Shown: positions 1-10,477, counted from the first letter of the stretch. The stretch is DNA of 64,000 bases from a virus (IMGVR_UViG_3300027969_003137:1-64000); one strand, 5' to 3'. Translations and numbers: made by a program. The notes: a model not told the origin generated them from the sequence alone.

Positions 1-1
1 T

Positions 2-472
2 ATTGCCGAGGGTAATTACTTTACTAACAGTCCCAAATACCAAACCAAAGAAAATATTTTTGGAAGACCAGAAGCTGTATGGTTGAAATATCGTATGAGT
101 TTTATGTTTAGCGTATTCATGTATCTAGGCCGAGAAGTCAAAGTAAACAACATGATGTCTTGGAGTTTTATGACCAATCTCCAGGGTGCCGAAGATCGCG
201 AAAATCTATGGCATCATCATTGGCATCCAACACACGCTGATGCCAAAATGTTAAGTGGAATAATGTATCTACATATCCCCGACGATGTCAAAGATTACGA
301 TTACTGTGGAACCGAAATGGCGCCAAACGGTCCTGGCGGTGAAGGTAAACTATTTGTGAGGCCTACAGAATACACATGGTTGATCTATCCCAGTAATCAA
401 TGGCACAGACCCGGAATTGTACAAAGCAATCAATATCGTTTTATACTAGCAGCAGACATAGAATATATTTGA
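2..472 (+). CDS. Putative 2OG-Fe(II) oxygenase, 5'-truncated by the window edge
   Basis: Frame is open from nt 2; WHHH...LSGIMYL...WHRP...R pattern typical of double-stranded beta-helix (DSBH) dioxygenases. Confidence 0.65.
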   Translation: MAEGNYFTNSPKYQTKENIFGRPEAVWLKYRMSFMFSVFMYLGREVKVNNMMSWSFMTNLQGAEDRENLWHHHWHPTHADAKMLSGIMYLHIPDDVKDYDYCGTEMAPNGPGGEGKLFVRPTEYTWLIYPSNQWHRPGIVQSNQYRFILAADIEYI

Positions 473-476
473 CTAT

Positions 477-1076
477 ATGATAGAAATTATTGAAGACTGT
501 AGTCCTTACTATATTAGATTTACCGTTGATAGTTTAGGAAGTATAATTGAATTTGCTAAAAGTCAGCCTACAAAATTAATACAGAAATTTCCGGGATACA
601 CTCACGAGCATTATAAAATAGATGCCGCCAACAAAATTATTTTAATGTTAACTGAGTTGACCGCTATCAGATTAAGAAGAGACCGGGCAGCATTGTTTAA
701 CACGCCGCCCGGAGGCGGCTGTGGTATACATAAAGATGGCGGCAATGCTAAAGTTAGTTTTAATATACCTATCGAAGTTATCGATAAAGAATGTTTAACA
801 CACTGGTATACAGATGATGAAGTAACAGAATTTTCAGCGAAGAAAATATTTAACACATATTCGAATAACGTGTGGGGCAACTGGAAAGATCTTAACAATT
901 TCAATCCTGCTAAAACAATGACAGCTAATCCAAACGAAATGTTATTGTTTAACACTAACATTTATCATTGCTGGTCTAATGAAAATTCTAAAAATTATCG
1001 TAAAATGCTCACCTTACGTACTGTAGATACATCTATATTTTTTGAGGATGCAAAGCAGATATTGTATAAACAATAA
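477..1076 (+). CDS. Cupin/2OG-Fe(II) oxygenase-like protein
   Basis: IHKD...FNIPI...FNTNIYH...R facial-triad pattern. Confidence 0.65.
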   Translation: MIEIIEDCSPYYIRFTVDSLGSIIEFAKSQPTKLIQKFPGYTHEHYKIDAANKIILMLTELTAIRLRRDRAALFNTPPGGGCGIHKDGGNAKVSFNIPIEVIDKECLTHWYTDDEVTEFSAKKIFNTYSNNVWGNWKDLNNFNPAKTMTANPNEMLLFNTNIYHCWSNENSKNYRKMLTLRTVDTSIFFEDAKQILYKQ

Positions 1077-1077
1077 T

Positions 1078-1151
1078 GCGGGATTAGTTTAATGGTCAAA
1101 CGAAACCTTGCCAAGGTTTAGTCAGGAGTTCGATTCTCCTATCCCGCTCCA
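1078..1151 (+). tRNA. tRNA-Gly(GCC)
   Basis: GCGGGAT/ATCCCGC acceptor stem, AAACC-TTGCCAA-GGTTT anticodon arm, TTCGA T-loop, encoded CCA. Confidence 0.93.
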
Positions 1152-1155
1152 CGTA

Positions 1156-1230
1156 CTGGCGTTAGCACAATGGATAGTGCAGTAGCCTTCTAAGCTATAG
1201 ATACAGGTTCGATTCCTGTACGCCGGACCA
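1156..1230 (+). tRNA. tRNA-Arg(TCT)
   Basis: CTGGCGT/ACGCCGG acceptor stem, GTAGC-CTTCTAA-GCTAT anticodon arm, ACAGG-TTCGATT-CCTGT T-arm, CCA end. Confidence 0.92.
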
Positions 1231-1242
1231 AATAATTATCGG

Positions 1243-1271
1243 TTGACAACTCTTAGGGTTGATTGTATAAT
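1243..1271 (+). promoter_or_regulatory. Sigma70-type promoter
   Basis: Perfect TTGACA-17nt-TATAAT. Confidence 0.85.
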
Positions 1272-1296
1272 ATATACTTACACAGTAAAGGATTAT

Positions 1297-1470
1297 ATGG
1301 CAGGCAAAGCAAAATCGGTTTATTTGACTATAAACCCAAAAGGTACGTTCAAGACAGTGTTTCACAAGATGTTATTTGATGCTAAGTCATACAACGAATA
1401 TGTTAAAACTGATGAATTTAAAGCCAAATGGCCTACAGAAGAATTTGATATTGTAAAAGAAACTTACTAA
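1297..1470 (+). CDS. Small hypothetical protein (57 aa)
   Basis: ATG at 1297 follows AAAGGA SD and lies downstream of the promoter; the ORF-track start at 1243 falls inside the -35 box. Confidence 0.75.
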   Translation: MAGKAKSVYLTINPKGTFKTVFHKMLFDAKSYNEYVKTDEFKAKWPTEEFDIVKETY

Positions 1471-1482
1471 AAAGGAGGCAAT

Positions 1483-2088
1483 ATGCCAAGTGTATTCTTA
1501 GTAAGCGACACGCACTTTGGACACACAGGTGTATGCCGCTTTACCCGCAACGACGGCGTTACAAAACTTCGTCCCTGGGACGATGCAGATGAGATGGATG
1601 AAGCCATGATCAAGGCTTGGAACGAAAGAGTCAAGCCCACTGACAAGGTGTACCATTTGGGTGACGTTGTTATCAACCGCAAGGCCTTGGGCATCATGCG
1701 TAGGTTGAACGGTGACAAGGTCCTGATCCGTGGTAATCACGATATTTTCAAGGATGAGGACTACAGACAGCATTTCCGTGAGTTGCGGGCGTATCACGTT
1801 ATGAACGGAATGATCTTAAGTCATATTCCTGTACACGCAGAAAGTTTGGGTCGTTTCGGAGTTAACATCCACGGACACACTCACGCTAATCGTGTGAAGA
1901 AAGCTCGTGGTGTAGATGCTAAAACGGGAGAAGTATTGTACAGCGATGAAAACGATGTGCGTTATCACTGCGTTTGCGTAGAACAAACACCGGACTTTGC
2001 TCCTATATTGTTTGAAGATGTGTTAAAACGCATTGAAGAAGAAGGTGGGAGTGTTGGGTTTAAGAACGGAAACGGTCCTACAATGTAA
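1483..2088 (+). CDS. Calcineurin-like metallophosphoesterase
   Basis: SDTHFGH, LGDV, RGNHD, HGHTH motifs; AGGAGG SD. Confidence 0.9.
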   Translation: MPSVFLVSDTHFGHTGVCRFTRNDGVTKLRPWDDADEMDEAMIKAWNERVKPTDKVYHLGDVVINRKALGIMRRLNGDKVLIRGNHDIFKDEDYRQHFRELRAYHVMNGMILSHIPVHAESLGRFGVNIHGHTHANRVKKARGVDAKTGEVLYSDENDVRYHCVCVEQTPDFAPILFEDVLKRIEEEGGSVGFKNGNGPTM

Positions 2089-2100
2089 TATAGTAGCATA

Positions 2101-2128
2101 AAATAGGACCTTCGGGTCCTATTTTTTT
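2101..2128 (+). terminator. Rho-independent terminator
   Basis: AAATAGGACC-TTCG-GGTCCTATTT followed by a T run. Confidence 0.85.
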
Positions 2129-2154
2129 GGCTGTACGTTCTCTAGCTCACGGCA

Positions 2155-2160
2155 TAAATA
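2155..2160 (+). promoter_or_regulatory. T4-like late promoter box TAAATA
   Basis: Motif recurs upstream of many genes in the window. Confidence 0.55.
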
Positions 2161-2190
2161 CTAGACTAACATTGCCCCGGAGTTATTAAT

Positions 2191-3903
2191 ATGGCCTTAC
2201 AAATCAGACGTGGACCGACCGCAGATCGAATGAGTTATACCCCAGTTGTGGGCGAACTTGTTTGGGATACTTCAACAAATTCATTATACATTGGAAACGG
2301 ATCCATCGCCGGCGGATTACCCGCAGGTACACTGGTCACAGAGGATGTACAAGATATTGCATCCTCTATGCTGATTAACGGCACCCACCAAAACATTACT
2401 TTTACCTATGATGATACATTGGGTAGAATAAATTCCACATTTAATCTTTCCTCATTCGACGGTACTATTAATGCTGCTGGATTTATTGGTTCTCATTATG
2501 CCAACGATTCTACGCTATTGCTAAATGCACTAACTGGCGCTGTTAATTTAAACGGCACAGTTAAAGGACACATTATTCCGTCTACAAACATTGCCTACGA
2601 TCTAGGTAGCACAGCTTATAGATTTAGAGATTTATTCCTTAGCGGTTCCAGTATCAAACTTGGTAGTGCTACTATTACAGCTACAGGCTCGGCTGTTAAT
2701 TTACCAGCAGGATCTACGATAAACGGTGTAGTAATTGGAACTGGATCGGGCGCAGGAGTGGAAGCTGGGATGAACTACAATATCAATATTGTAGGCGACG
2801 ACAGTACAGTAATTGTAAATGCTCGTACACGAGCAATAACTGCCGCTGGTGGATTTACAGGAAATACCGCAGGTACACATACTGGCGCCGTTATTGGCAA
2901 TGTTACAGGAAATACCGCAGGTACACATACTGGTCCTGTTATTGGCAGTGTCACCGGCGTTGTGACAGGTAATGTGATAACTAACCTTATTTCTTCAGCT
3001 GATTCTAGTGCCATTGTGTTTGACACTCCTACACGTTTTCAAGCATCGCTTGATGTAGACGAAGATATAACTTTAAACGGCGGAACTTTAGAAATTCGAG
3101 CTAATGAAATAGACGATAACATTATATTTGCTTCTCATGCTAATAGCAACCAGGCTGGAACATTGTTATTTAGAAGATCAAGAGGCACACGAACAGTGCC
3201 GCAGACTGTTCAAACCAATGATAAACTTCATCAAATTATCTTTAATGCACATGACGGAGCAGCATACCGGCCAGTCGCAACCATACAAGCGCAGGTTCTT
3301 GGTGCAGTATCTTCAGGAATTATCCCAACTGGGTTGAGATTCCTTACTCAAGATGTAGCAGGACAAGAAGTAGAATCTTTCCGAATTAATGAATTTGCTG
3401 CTACTGAATTTTTTACCAATGTTAACATTCATAGTCTAAATGGAAATTCTAATTTTAACACTCTAGCATTACATAATTATCATACCAGTACTACTGATGC
3501 AAGTAACTTAACACTTCGTAGAGCTCGCGGAGTTAGAGACGCAGAAATCATAGTGCAGAACGGAGATCCTATCTACGATATTAATTTTGCTGGCTGGGAT
3601 GGTACACAGTATATTACTGCTGGAGGTATTAGAAGTGTTGTAGCAAATACTCCCGGTGTTGGTGTTGTGCCTGGCAGAGTAGATATCAGAGCGGCAAACA
3701 ATGCTGGTACTAACGGCAACAGAGTACAGATTGACGCTTATAAAACTGTCTTTAACAACGTTCCTGTTTTGCCAACGTTTGCAAACGAAGCAGCAGCTAC
3801 AGCAGCAGTTAACGCTACATTGACAAACGGTATGATGTATTATGATACTGCACTAGCTAAAGTTAGAGCAGTCGCCGGCGGTGTTTGGATAAATCTACAC
3901 TAA
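2191..3903 (+). CDS. Tail fibre/virion protein with Mtd-N-like N-terminus
   Basis: MALQIRRG...GELVWDT...LYIGNG N-terminus; G/T/N-rich repeats; two RRxRG...VQxxD...F..DG modules. Confidence 0.7.
   Translation: MALQIRRGPTADRMSYTPVVGELVWDTSTNSLYIGNGSIAGGLPAGTLVTEDVQDIASSMLINGTHQNITFTYDDTLGRINSTFNLSSFDGTINAAGFIGSHYANDSTLLLNALTGAVNLNGTVKGHIIPSTNIAYDLGSTAYRFRDLFLSGSSIKLGSATITATGSAVNLPAGSTINGVVIGTGSGAGVEAGMNYNINIVGDDSTVIVNARTRAITAAGGFTGNTAGTHTGAVIGNVTGNTAGTHTGPVIGSVTGVVTGNVITNLISSADSSAIVFDTPTRFQASLDVDEDITLNGGTLEIRANEIDDNIIFASHANSNQAGTLLFRRSRGTRTVPQTVQTNDKLHQIIFNAHDGAAYRPVATIQAQVLGAVSSGIIPTGLRFLTQDVAGQEVESFRINEFAATEFFTNVNIHSLNGNSNFNTLALHNYHTSTTDASNLTLRRARGVRDAEIIVQNGDPIYDINFAGWDGTQYITAGGIRSVVANTPGVGVVPGRVDIRAANNAGTNGNRVQIDAYKTVFNNVPVLPTFANEAAATAAVNATLTNGMMYYDTALAKVRAVAGGVWINLH
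2855..2950 (+). repeat. Coding tandem repeat, 48-nt period (TGNTAGTHTGxVIGxV, two copies)
   Basis: ttacaggaaataccgcaggtacacatactgg at 2855 and 2903. Confidence 0.85.
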
Positions 3904-3941
3904 AATATTGTTAGGGTCAAATATAAGAGTAAATATCTTAT

Positions 3942-4751
3942 ATGACTAGACATAACACTGGATTTGTTTTAGATGAAAAACAATGGTTCTCTGATCAACG
4001 AATTCTTCATCTAAATCGGCACGACGACGAAACAAAGAAAAATATTCTAAGACTAGAACAAAAGTTTGGATCTACCTGTTTTACACCTCTGGATATTCCG
4101 ATCATTCAAGATAAAGCATTTTTCAATTGGTATTTTGAAAATGCCGTTCCTAGCGTAAAACAAAATAAAGATGTGGCAACAGGATATACAGGGGGCAGCA
4201 GCTTTCTTTCAATTGATTTGTTTCCCGACAGATACGACAGTTCGAAATCTATTTGGTCTAAAAATATTAGAAATGATTTAGAAAACTTGTGGCCCGACCT
4301 TTGGGAACAATTTTATCTACATCTGCCCTTTGAAAAAATTGAAGGCATGTCAATATGGTCTAGTACCAAAGATATTGTTCCGCATAGAGACCAAAGCGTT
4401 TTTGTTGATATTCCTTTGGAATTTAGAATTGTCATGGACGAAAACCCAGTTGATAATTTTTGGGTCACAGAAGTTTTACCAAATACAGCCATTGACACGA
4501 AATTAAATACTGCTGTCGTTTCAACAAAATTAGATACAAATAGTTTTGCCTGGAATAATCTCCGAACCCAGCATCATACTAAATTCTATCCAGACCATAA
4601 AAAACTCACATTCATATTTCATTGGGTGAACAAGATCAACTGGAAAAAATATGAAAGCCTTCTCGAACGAAGTTTAGAAAAATATCAAAAAAACCTGTTA
4701 GTTAGTACTCGACCAATTACTGATTTTGTTGAATCAACAACATTATCATGA
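3942..4751 (+). CDS. Putative cupin/2OG-Fe(II) oxygenase-like protein
   Basis: PHRD...WNNLRTQH; TAAATA at 3930. Confidence 0.5.
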   Translation: MTRHNTGFVLDEKQWFSDQRILHLNRHDDETKKNILRLEQKFGSTCFTPLDIPIIQDKAFFNWYFENAVPSVKQNKDVATGYTGGSSFLSIDLFPDRYDSSKSIWSKNIRNDLENLWPDLWEQFYLHLPFEKIEGMSIWSSTKDIVPHRDQSVFVDIPLEFRIVMDENPVDNFWVTEVLPNTAIDTKLNTAVVSTKLDTNSFAWNNLRTQHHTKFYPDHKKLTFIFHWVNKINWKKYESLLERSLEKYQKNLLVSTRPITDFVESTTLS

Positions 4752-5443
4752 GGACCCCAGAGCAAATAGAAAAAATCAAAAAGAATTTTTCTAATCCTAT
4801 AGAGATAAAAAATGTATTAACAGTTGAAGATATAAATCATTTGTTAAAAATCTATGAAGGTGCGGACAATCTAGTATACAAAAATACTGGCCCGATAACA
4901 TTAAACATAGAATCATATCTAGATGATCGTGTGATAAAACACTTACTATCTGTTATTCAACATCATATAGGCAAGTTTGAAATTACCGCTGGATTCTTTT
5001 TCCATACTACCTTTCCGCATATTATACACAACGATGATACTTTTGAATTGCCGGAAAATGTCTACAAGGCCATTACTATTCCGCTAAAACTCGAAACTGA
5101 AAAAATTAAACAATATCCTAAACTATGTTTTTTTGATCAATTCTACTTTCACGGCCCTGCTAAATTCTTTAAAGGTGATGATCATATAGACACGTATTAC
5201 AATGAACAGATATATGACTATACAAATGTAGACGGAATAACTGATAAAAAATTTATTGATAGAGAACGATTGTTTTCTCATTTAAAATCTAGATGGTTAG
5301 AAGGGCTTAGTCTACACTCCACACTAGATTGGGTACCTGGGAATATTATGATTTTTGACAGTCTAAGATTACATTGCGCCAGTGATTTTAGAAAATTAGG
5401 AATCCGATCTAAAACAGCCATGAGCATTTTTACAAAATTATGA
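4748..5443 (+). CDS. Putative 2OG-Fe(II) oxygenase
   Basis: IHNDD...IPL...GNIMIFDSLRLHCAS. Confidence 0.65.
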   Translation: MRTPEQIEKIKKNFSNPIEIKNVLTVEDINHLLKIYEGADNLVYKNTGPITLNIESYLDDRVIKHLLSVIQHHIGKFEITAGFFFHTTFPHIIHNDDTFELPENVYKAITIPLKLETEKIKQYPKLCFFDQFYFHGPAKFFKGDDHIDTYYNEQIYDYTNVDGITDKKFIDRERLFSHLKSRWLEGLSLHSTLDWVPGNIMIFDSLRLHCASDFRKLGIRSKTAMSIFTKL

Positions 5444-6282
5444 ATATATACGTAAATGGTGATAGTTTTACTGCCGGTGCCGAATTAACAGATTGGGTCT
5501 TGCCGGGATTTCCCGGGTATGGTACAACTGGTCATCGCGATGGGTTTTGGGAAGTTCCAAAAGAAACAAAAGCATGGTATCGAACAAAACACTATGTTGC
5601 AAGTAAACATTTTGGAAGCATTGAGAATCAGGAGACAACTGAAAAAAATTTAGCATGGCCTGCTGAACTAGGCAAACTTGATCCTACTTTGTTTGTGTAC
5701 AACGGCAGTGCGGCCGGAGCATCAATGACTGGTATTACACATCGTACGGTTGCAGATTTACTAACTTTCAAAGCAAAAGACATTGCATTTGATCAAGTGT
5801 TTATACAACTAACTAGCTGTCACCGGTTTGAAATTTACGACTCAACTATGATTCAAAAAAAATTTATAATTGACAAACCATTTGGCTGGATCGATACTCT
5901 ACCAGGCAGGACTCAACAAGAATTAGGAAAATGCTATATAGCACAATATAAAAATGAAGATCTTGCTATAAAATTTTTATATAATTTATGTACACTAAAG
6001 CAAGCAGTGAAAGGATTAACTGGCCACAATCCAATAATCCTTTCAAGTTTATCGTTGTTTACAACCGCAGTAATAGACCCGTTAAAAAACAATCCAGATC
6101 CTCTTATACAACTATTACTTAAAGAATCTGGAATATTAGATATTCTTCCCGAGTACTGTATGGAAATTGTGCATAGAGATAATAATTTTTTGTATTGTCC
6201 AGGGATGCATTTTGAACATAGGACACATCAAGCATACGCTAAAATTATATATAATAAGTATATAAACTATGATACGCAATAA
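5440..6282 (+). CDS. SGNH/GDSL hydrolase-like protein
   Basis: NGDSFTAG block I, AGAS block II, C-terminal HF...HQAYA. Confidence 0.65.
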   Translation: MNIYVNGDSFTAGAELTDWVLPGFPGYGTTGHRDGFWEVPKETKAWYRTKHYVASKHFGSIENQETTEKNLAWPAELGKLDPTLFVYNGSAAGASMTGITHRTVADLLTFKAKDIAFDQVFIQLTSCHRFEIYDSTMIQKKFIIDKPFGWIDTLPGRTQQELGKCYIAQYKNEDLAIKFLYNLCTLKQAVKGLTGHNPIILSSLSLFTTAVIDPLKNNPDPLIQLLLKESGILDILPEYCMEIVHRDNNFLYCPGMHFEHRTHQAYAKIIYNKYINYDTQ

Positions 6283-6796
6283 ACACATCTATGAATTAGA
6301 CATCGATCTTGATATAGAGTATATCACGGATTTGGTTATGAAAAAACAAAATAAATCTGTTGCTGGTAGAGCTAAACATCATCGTATGGTACAGGAAGAT
6401 TCCTATATGTTATCTATAAAAAATCGGTATCCCTTGTTAAGTAATGTTTACAACATTTATCCAATGCCTGCGTATACAGAAATTCCGCTACATATTGATT
6501 CTAGCAGAAGCTGTGCATTTAATATTCCTATACAAGGGACAGAAGGTACTAGTACTGTCTTTTACGAAGCAGATGATCCGCTAATATTGGAATATGACAA
6601 CAAAAAAATATATAACTTAGTTAAATCTCCAGTTAAAGAAGTGTTTAGTAATACATTATTAAAACCTTTACTAATAAACAACACTACACCACATAAGGTT
6701 ATTAATAATAAGAACACAATGAGAATTACATTGAGTTGGAGTTTAATGGAAGGTTTTACTTTTAAACAAGCTATAGAGTGCTTTAATTTTAGATAA
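6269..6796 (+). CDS. Cupin/2OG-Fe(II) oxygenase-like protein
   Basis: PLHID...FNIPI...PHKVIN...R. Confidence 0.65.
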   Translation: MIRNKHIYELDIDLDIEYITDLVMKKQNKSVAGRAKHHRMVQEDSYMLSIKNRYPLLSNVYNIYPMPAYTEIPLHIDSSRSCAFNIPIQGTEGTSTVFYEADDPLILEYDNKKIYNLVKSPVKEVFSNTLLKPLLINNTTPHKVINNKNTMRITLSWSLMEGFTFKQAIECFNFR

Positions 6797-6803
6797 CATA
6801 CAC

Positions 6804-7508
6804 TCAGTGAGTGTGCTGTAAATTAGCAATAACTTTAGCTACACTTTTTGAAGTCATTGGCACATTTAAAATCAGATGTACACTATCGTTGACCCAACTG
6901 ATTGTTCTGTGAGTTTTTCTAGTGTTTACGTAATAGACACGGCCTGGCTCAATTTGTAATTTACGATCATCTATAAGCCAATCATAGTCTAACGGACCAC
7001 AGTTATTGACAAATACCACTAGTCGAAATACATCTCTAGTTATACTAGGATGGTCTCTATGTGGAACAAAGTATCCGCCTATGTCTGACTTTACAAAAAA
7101 TGTTCGGCCTACCTCTGAAAACGTATCAAATAACGGGCTTAGACTTCGACAGGCAGTATACACTTCCGTCTTATGATTAAATTCTAATTCACTCAGTCTG
7201 CGCCCGGCAGCATAACTAGCTTCAGCAAGACTGGGAGCATCCTTGTGAGTCTTTCCGGGCAAGGTAGTTAGAGTTAGCCCTTTACGATTATTTGGTCTAT
7301 CGGTTCTTGGCAAATAGTCTTGCCAATCTTCTCTAAATTGACTTAGCTCATGCATTAGCGCACCAGTATTTATTTTGATGTTAAGAGGCTCAAAGTCTCC
7401 TATAGTTAGGAGGCTAACTTCATTGGCCAACATTTCAGTATTAACTGTTGCCGGGTTGTGATGTGCTGATTGACCGCTTACTCCGGGGGGCACTTTGATA
7501 GATGTCAT
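6804..7508 (-). CDS. Aspartyl/asparaginyl beta-hydroxylase-like dioxygenase
   Basis: GGYFVPHRD...EPGRVYYVNTRKTH...HLILNV. Confidence 0.75.
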   Translation of the reverse strand: MTSIKVPPGVSGQSAHHNPATVNTEMLANEVSLLTIGDFEPLNIKINTGALMHELSQFREDWQDYLPRTDRPNNRKGLTLTTLPGKTHKDAPSLAEASYAAGRRLSELEFNHKTEVYTACRSLSPLFDTFSEVGRTFFVKSDIGGYFVPHRDHPSITRDVFRLVVFVNNCGPLDYDWLIDDRKLQIEPGRVYYVNTRKTHRTISWVNDSVHLILNVPMTSKSVAKVIANLQHTH

Positions 7509-7516
7509 ATAGTAAT

Positions 7517-8092
7517 TTATGCTGCGCCTGTATCTATTTTGTTCAATTGTGAAAAGGCCCAGGCACGTTCAGTACACTGCCAACATTGCCTACACCTTCC
7601 AATTTGTTGTTCTGTGCAAGAATGAGTAATATTGATCAGGTGTTCTTGCCCTTCACTGTACATAATTTGTACTATTTGATCCTTATACATATCAACAAAA
7701 GGGAATATAATTTTAGGATTGTCACTCTTTTTAGCTCGGTGCGGTGCTCCTGGAAGTTTACCCAATTCTGGGGGATTTTGATTTATAGCAACAAACAGTA
7801 TGTCAACTGGATGTTTACTAAAGATATCAGTAATAGCCACTCTGCTTTGTTGTCGGTGAAATACATTAGGATTACCAACAAGTATCGGTTGGGAGAGACT
7901 GGTAGAAAATATTTTATTATAATAATCAACAATAGGACCTGCATATAATGCTGCTCCGTCAAATTTAGGAATAGTAAACGGTTGTAGATTTATAGTAGGA
8001 TTATCTTTTAACAACAGATATAATAGTATTGCACTATCGAGTCCGCCGCTGAGCATTATTCCGTATTGTTTGCTATTATCTGTAGTAATCAT
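7517..8092 (-). CDS. QueC-like PP-loop ATPase
   Basis: MLSGGLDS PP-loop and C-terminal THSC...CRQCWQCTER Zn motif; short and divergent from canonical QueC. Confidence 0.65.
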   Translation of the reverse strand: MITTDNSKQYGIMLSGGLDSAILLYLLLKDNPTINLQPFTIPKFDGAALYAGPIVDYYNKIFSTSLSQPILVGNPNVFHRQQSRVAITDIFSKHPVDILFVAINQNPPELGKLPGAPHRAKKSDNPKIIFPFVDMYKDQIVQIMYSEGQEHLINITHSCTEQQIGRCRQCWQCTERAWAFSQLNKIDTGAA

Positions 8093-9008
8093 CAGGCATC
8101 ATATTTTTTAAAAATCGGTATATAGACATTGTCCATTTACTTGTATAATCTTTGTATTGATAAAGAAATTGATCATTTACTTGATCACACAGTGTTTGTA
8201 CAAATTCAGCGCCATTATATTTTGGCCTAATTTCAGCATCACTCCAATATTTTTGATAGACAAGATATTTAGAATGCCTAATAGTCGACTCTTCGTCGTC
8301 ACTGATAGTTTGTTTTATGATAGGATCCAACGCCATGGCTAACACTATTTCAGGAGTCTGTTGAAAGAAATTTATCGATCCAATTATCTTTTTGCCAACA
8401 GCGTATCTCATCCAAGCTAAGATGTATTCAAATTCTGTATAGGTCCAGATGTCGTTGATTTTTGAAGCATAAAAATCTCCGTTGCCTAATACAGGAATGC
8501 CATTCATCTCAAAATAAACTCGGTTAATTAAGTCCATGGTAGGCAACATTTCAGAATAGGGACATTTAGCGATCTCTGCCATTTCTAAGTAGTGTGGAGA
8601 CGACAGTGCGTTTTCTATATCTAGTTCAATGTACTTCACTTCTAAATTATATTTTTTAGAGAAGCGTTCTATTAATGTAATTTCGTGTTCGTTTAAATTG
8701 TTGGAAAATTTGTTGGACACAATTTTAAATGGCCTACCAGACTCTATAAAACTTCTGACTACTATTTCACTGTCAAGTCCGCCACTGAGTAATACTATAG
8801 GAACACGGCCAATAGACATTGCATAATCACTTATTTTTTCACAAACTTTGATACATTCATCTTTAAAAGAAGTTGGAACATATTGAGCACGTTTGTAGTT
8901 GCATTGAAATTGAGAGTCTGCAGATTCTCTAAAATTATAGATACTGTTGTCATAGCCATAGGAAAAGTTTTCATCTAGAGGATTTTGGAAATTTTTCATG
9001 GCATGCAT
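8076..9008 (-). CDS. Adenine nucleotide alpha-hydrolase (PP-loop, Asn-synthetase-like) protein
   Basis: LLSGGLDSE motif. Confidence 0.6.
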   Translation of the reverse strand: MHAMKNFQNPLDENFSYGYDNSIYNFRESADSQFQCNYKRAQYVPTSFKDECIKVCEKISDYAMSIGRVPIVLLSGGLDSEIVVRSFIESGRPFKIVSNKFSNNLNEHEITLIERFSKKYNLEVKYIELDIENALSSPHYLEMAEIAKCPYSEMLPTMDLINRVYFEMNGIPVLGNGDFYASKINDIWTYTEFEYILAWMRYAVGKKIIGSINFFQQTPEIVLAMALDPIIKQTISDDEESTIRHSKYLVYQKYWSDAEIRPKYNGAEFVQTLCDQVNDQFLYQYKDYTSKWTMSIYRFLKNMMPDDYYR

Positions 9009-9015
9009 TATAGGT

Positions 9016-9025
9016 TAAATATTTA
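9016..9025. promoter_or_regulatory. Palindromic bidirectional late-promoter box TAAATATTTA
   Basis: Lies in the 19-nt gap between divergent genes; reads TAAATA on both strands. Confidence 0.55.
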
Positions 9026-9027
9026 TT

Positions 9028-9630
9028 ATGAACGCTGACAACCTAAAAATTATCGATATTAAGAAAGAAATTTCAAACTATTCAACTCAATGGTCGGCCT
9101 GCATTGACTATCTTAAAATAAACTGTAAACAAGATGCATTATATCAAAATTACATCGATTTAAATTTAGATAATTTTTTAACATTCACTGCTGTGTTTTA
9201 TCAGGATGATATTATTTCATTTGGTGGAGTAGAAGTAAAGCAAGATCGATGGGGCAACGGTATAGCTAGAGCGTTAACAAGATTTTGGATTAGCCCTAAA
9301 CATCGCACACACGGATTAACCAAGTGGCGAAATGACTCTTTAAAACTAAGCCCGGTTGTTTTAAAAGCTCAGTTAGAATTTTTAAAAACTGTTGAGGACA
9401 TAAAGGCCGTGATCATTACAAGAGAAGGAAAATATCTAAAAAGTTTTAGAGAAATCATTAGATTGGCTAATACTGTGTCGGAACAGGAATTTCAAATACT
9501 GCCAGGAAAATATAACGTATGCGAGTGTATAGCAACTCCTCCCGAAAGTTGTAGACAATTTGTAGCGATCAACAATGTTGAAATGTTTAATCAATCAAGC
9601 AATTTAGGATTTTTTAAAAAGTATGAATAA
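9028..9630 (+). CDS. GNAT-fold acyltransferase-like protein
   Basis: IISFGGV...ARALTRFWISPKHRTHGL resembles GNAT motif A. Confidence 0.5.
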   Translation: MNADNLKIIDIKKEISNYSTQWSACIDYLKINCKQDALYQNYIDLNLDNFLTFTAVFYQDDIISFGGVEVKQDRWGNGIARALTRFWISPKHRTHGLTKWRNDSLKLSPVVLKAQLEFLKTVEDIKAVIITREGKYLKSFREIIRLANTVSEQEFQILPGKYNVCECIATPPESCRQFVAINNVEMFNQSSNLGFFKKYE

Positions 9631-10477
9631 ATTTTTTGTAAAAGATTGTCCCGAGGACATGACCATCTTTCAATGGATCAGCCTAACCATAAATTTCAAA
9701 GAAGCATATACCAACTTGACCTGTTCTGTGCCTATAGACAATTGGATTTCTATTCCTCATAGATTAAATATTGCATCACTAATTACAGATACTCAAGACT
9801 GCTTAGACAAAAACGGTATTAAGGGTTGGCAAACCAAAAAAGGAAATTCAAAGGCCTACGGTGGATTGAGTTTAGTTTACAATCCCAACTTAAAAGAAAA
9901 TACAAATCCCAATCAAAGTACATTAGGTACAACAACCAATGCTCCAGAGGAGTTCTATTGGGCCAGTACCAATCGTTTTGATTCGATAAAAAATACCTAT
10001 TTCGATACCTACGGATTTAGAAAACTATCCCCTGCTGTAGAAAATTCTAATTTAAAAAACTTTATCAACAGTTTTAGACTATCTCCTACTAGAGGTAGAA
10101 TAGGAGTGTTAGATGGAGATTATCAAGATCGAGTTAGTGAAGGATTTTTGTGGCATAAAGACGAACCAGTCTACGAAAACCTAAGACTTAATATACCATT
10201 AGTTGGTGACGAATCATTTATGTTTCAAACTGAAGGAAAAGATCCCATGCCTACTCCTGTGGGGAATATCTATACCTCGGACACGAGCATAGCACATCGA
10301 GTATATGCTACCAATAAGAGCTTGACAAAGCGCACACACCTTGTATTGGGTTTTAGTCCATGGCTAGATTACATTACTGAAGATGATAGTTATGTGGTAA
10401 ATGAATTCTTTGGTCGAGTACATCCAATAGATTTACTTTTTAAAGGGCTGGCGCATCCAGACATCGGCAATGAATAA
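9623..10477 (+). CDS. AspH-like/2OG-Fe(II) oxygenase
   Basis: WHKDE...RLNIPL...GNIYTSDTSIAHRV...RTHLVLG. Confidence 0.65.
   Translation: MNKFFVKDCPEDMTIFQWISLTINFKEAYTNLTCSVPIDNWISIPHRLNIASLITDTQDCLDKNGIKGWQTKKGNSKAYGGLSLVYNPNLKENTNPNQSTLGTTTNAPEEFYWASTNRFDSIKNTYFDTYGFRKLSPAVENSNLKNFINSFRLSPTRGRIGVLDGDYQDRVSEGFLWHKDEPVYENLRLNIPLVGDESFMFQTEGKDPMPTPVGNIYTSDTSIAHRVYATNKSLTKRTHLVLGFSPWLDYITEDDSYVVNEFFGRVHPIDLLFKGLAHPDIGNE

Noticed and set aside
2855-2950. CRISPR-like repeat
   Set aside because: Only two in-frame coding copies with no unique spacers; no cas genes
2191-3903. Diversity-generating retroelement target (Mtd-like N-terminus)
   Set aside because: No reverse transcriptase and no adenine-mismatched TR/VR pair seen; the 125-bp repeat is exact and lies in other genes
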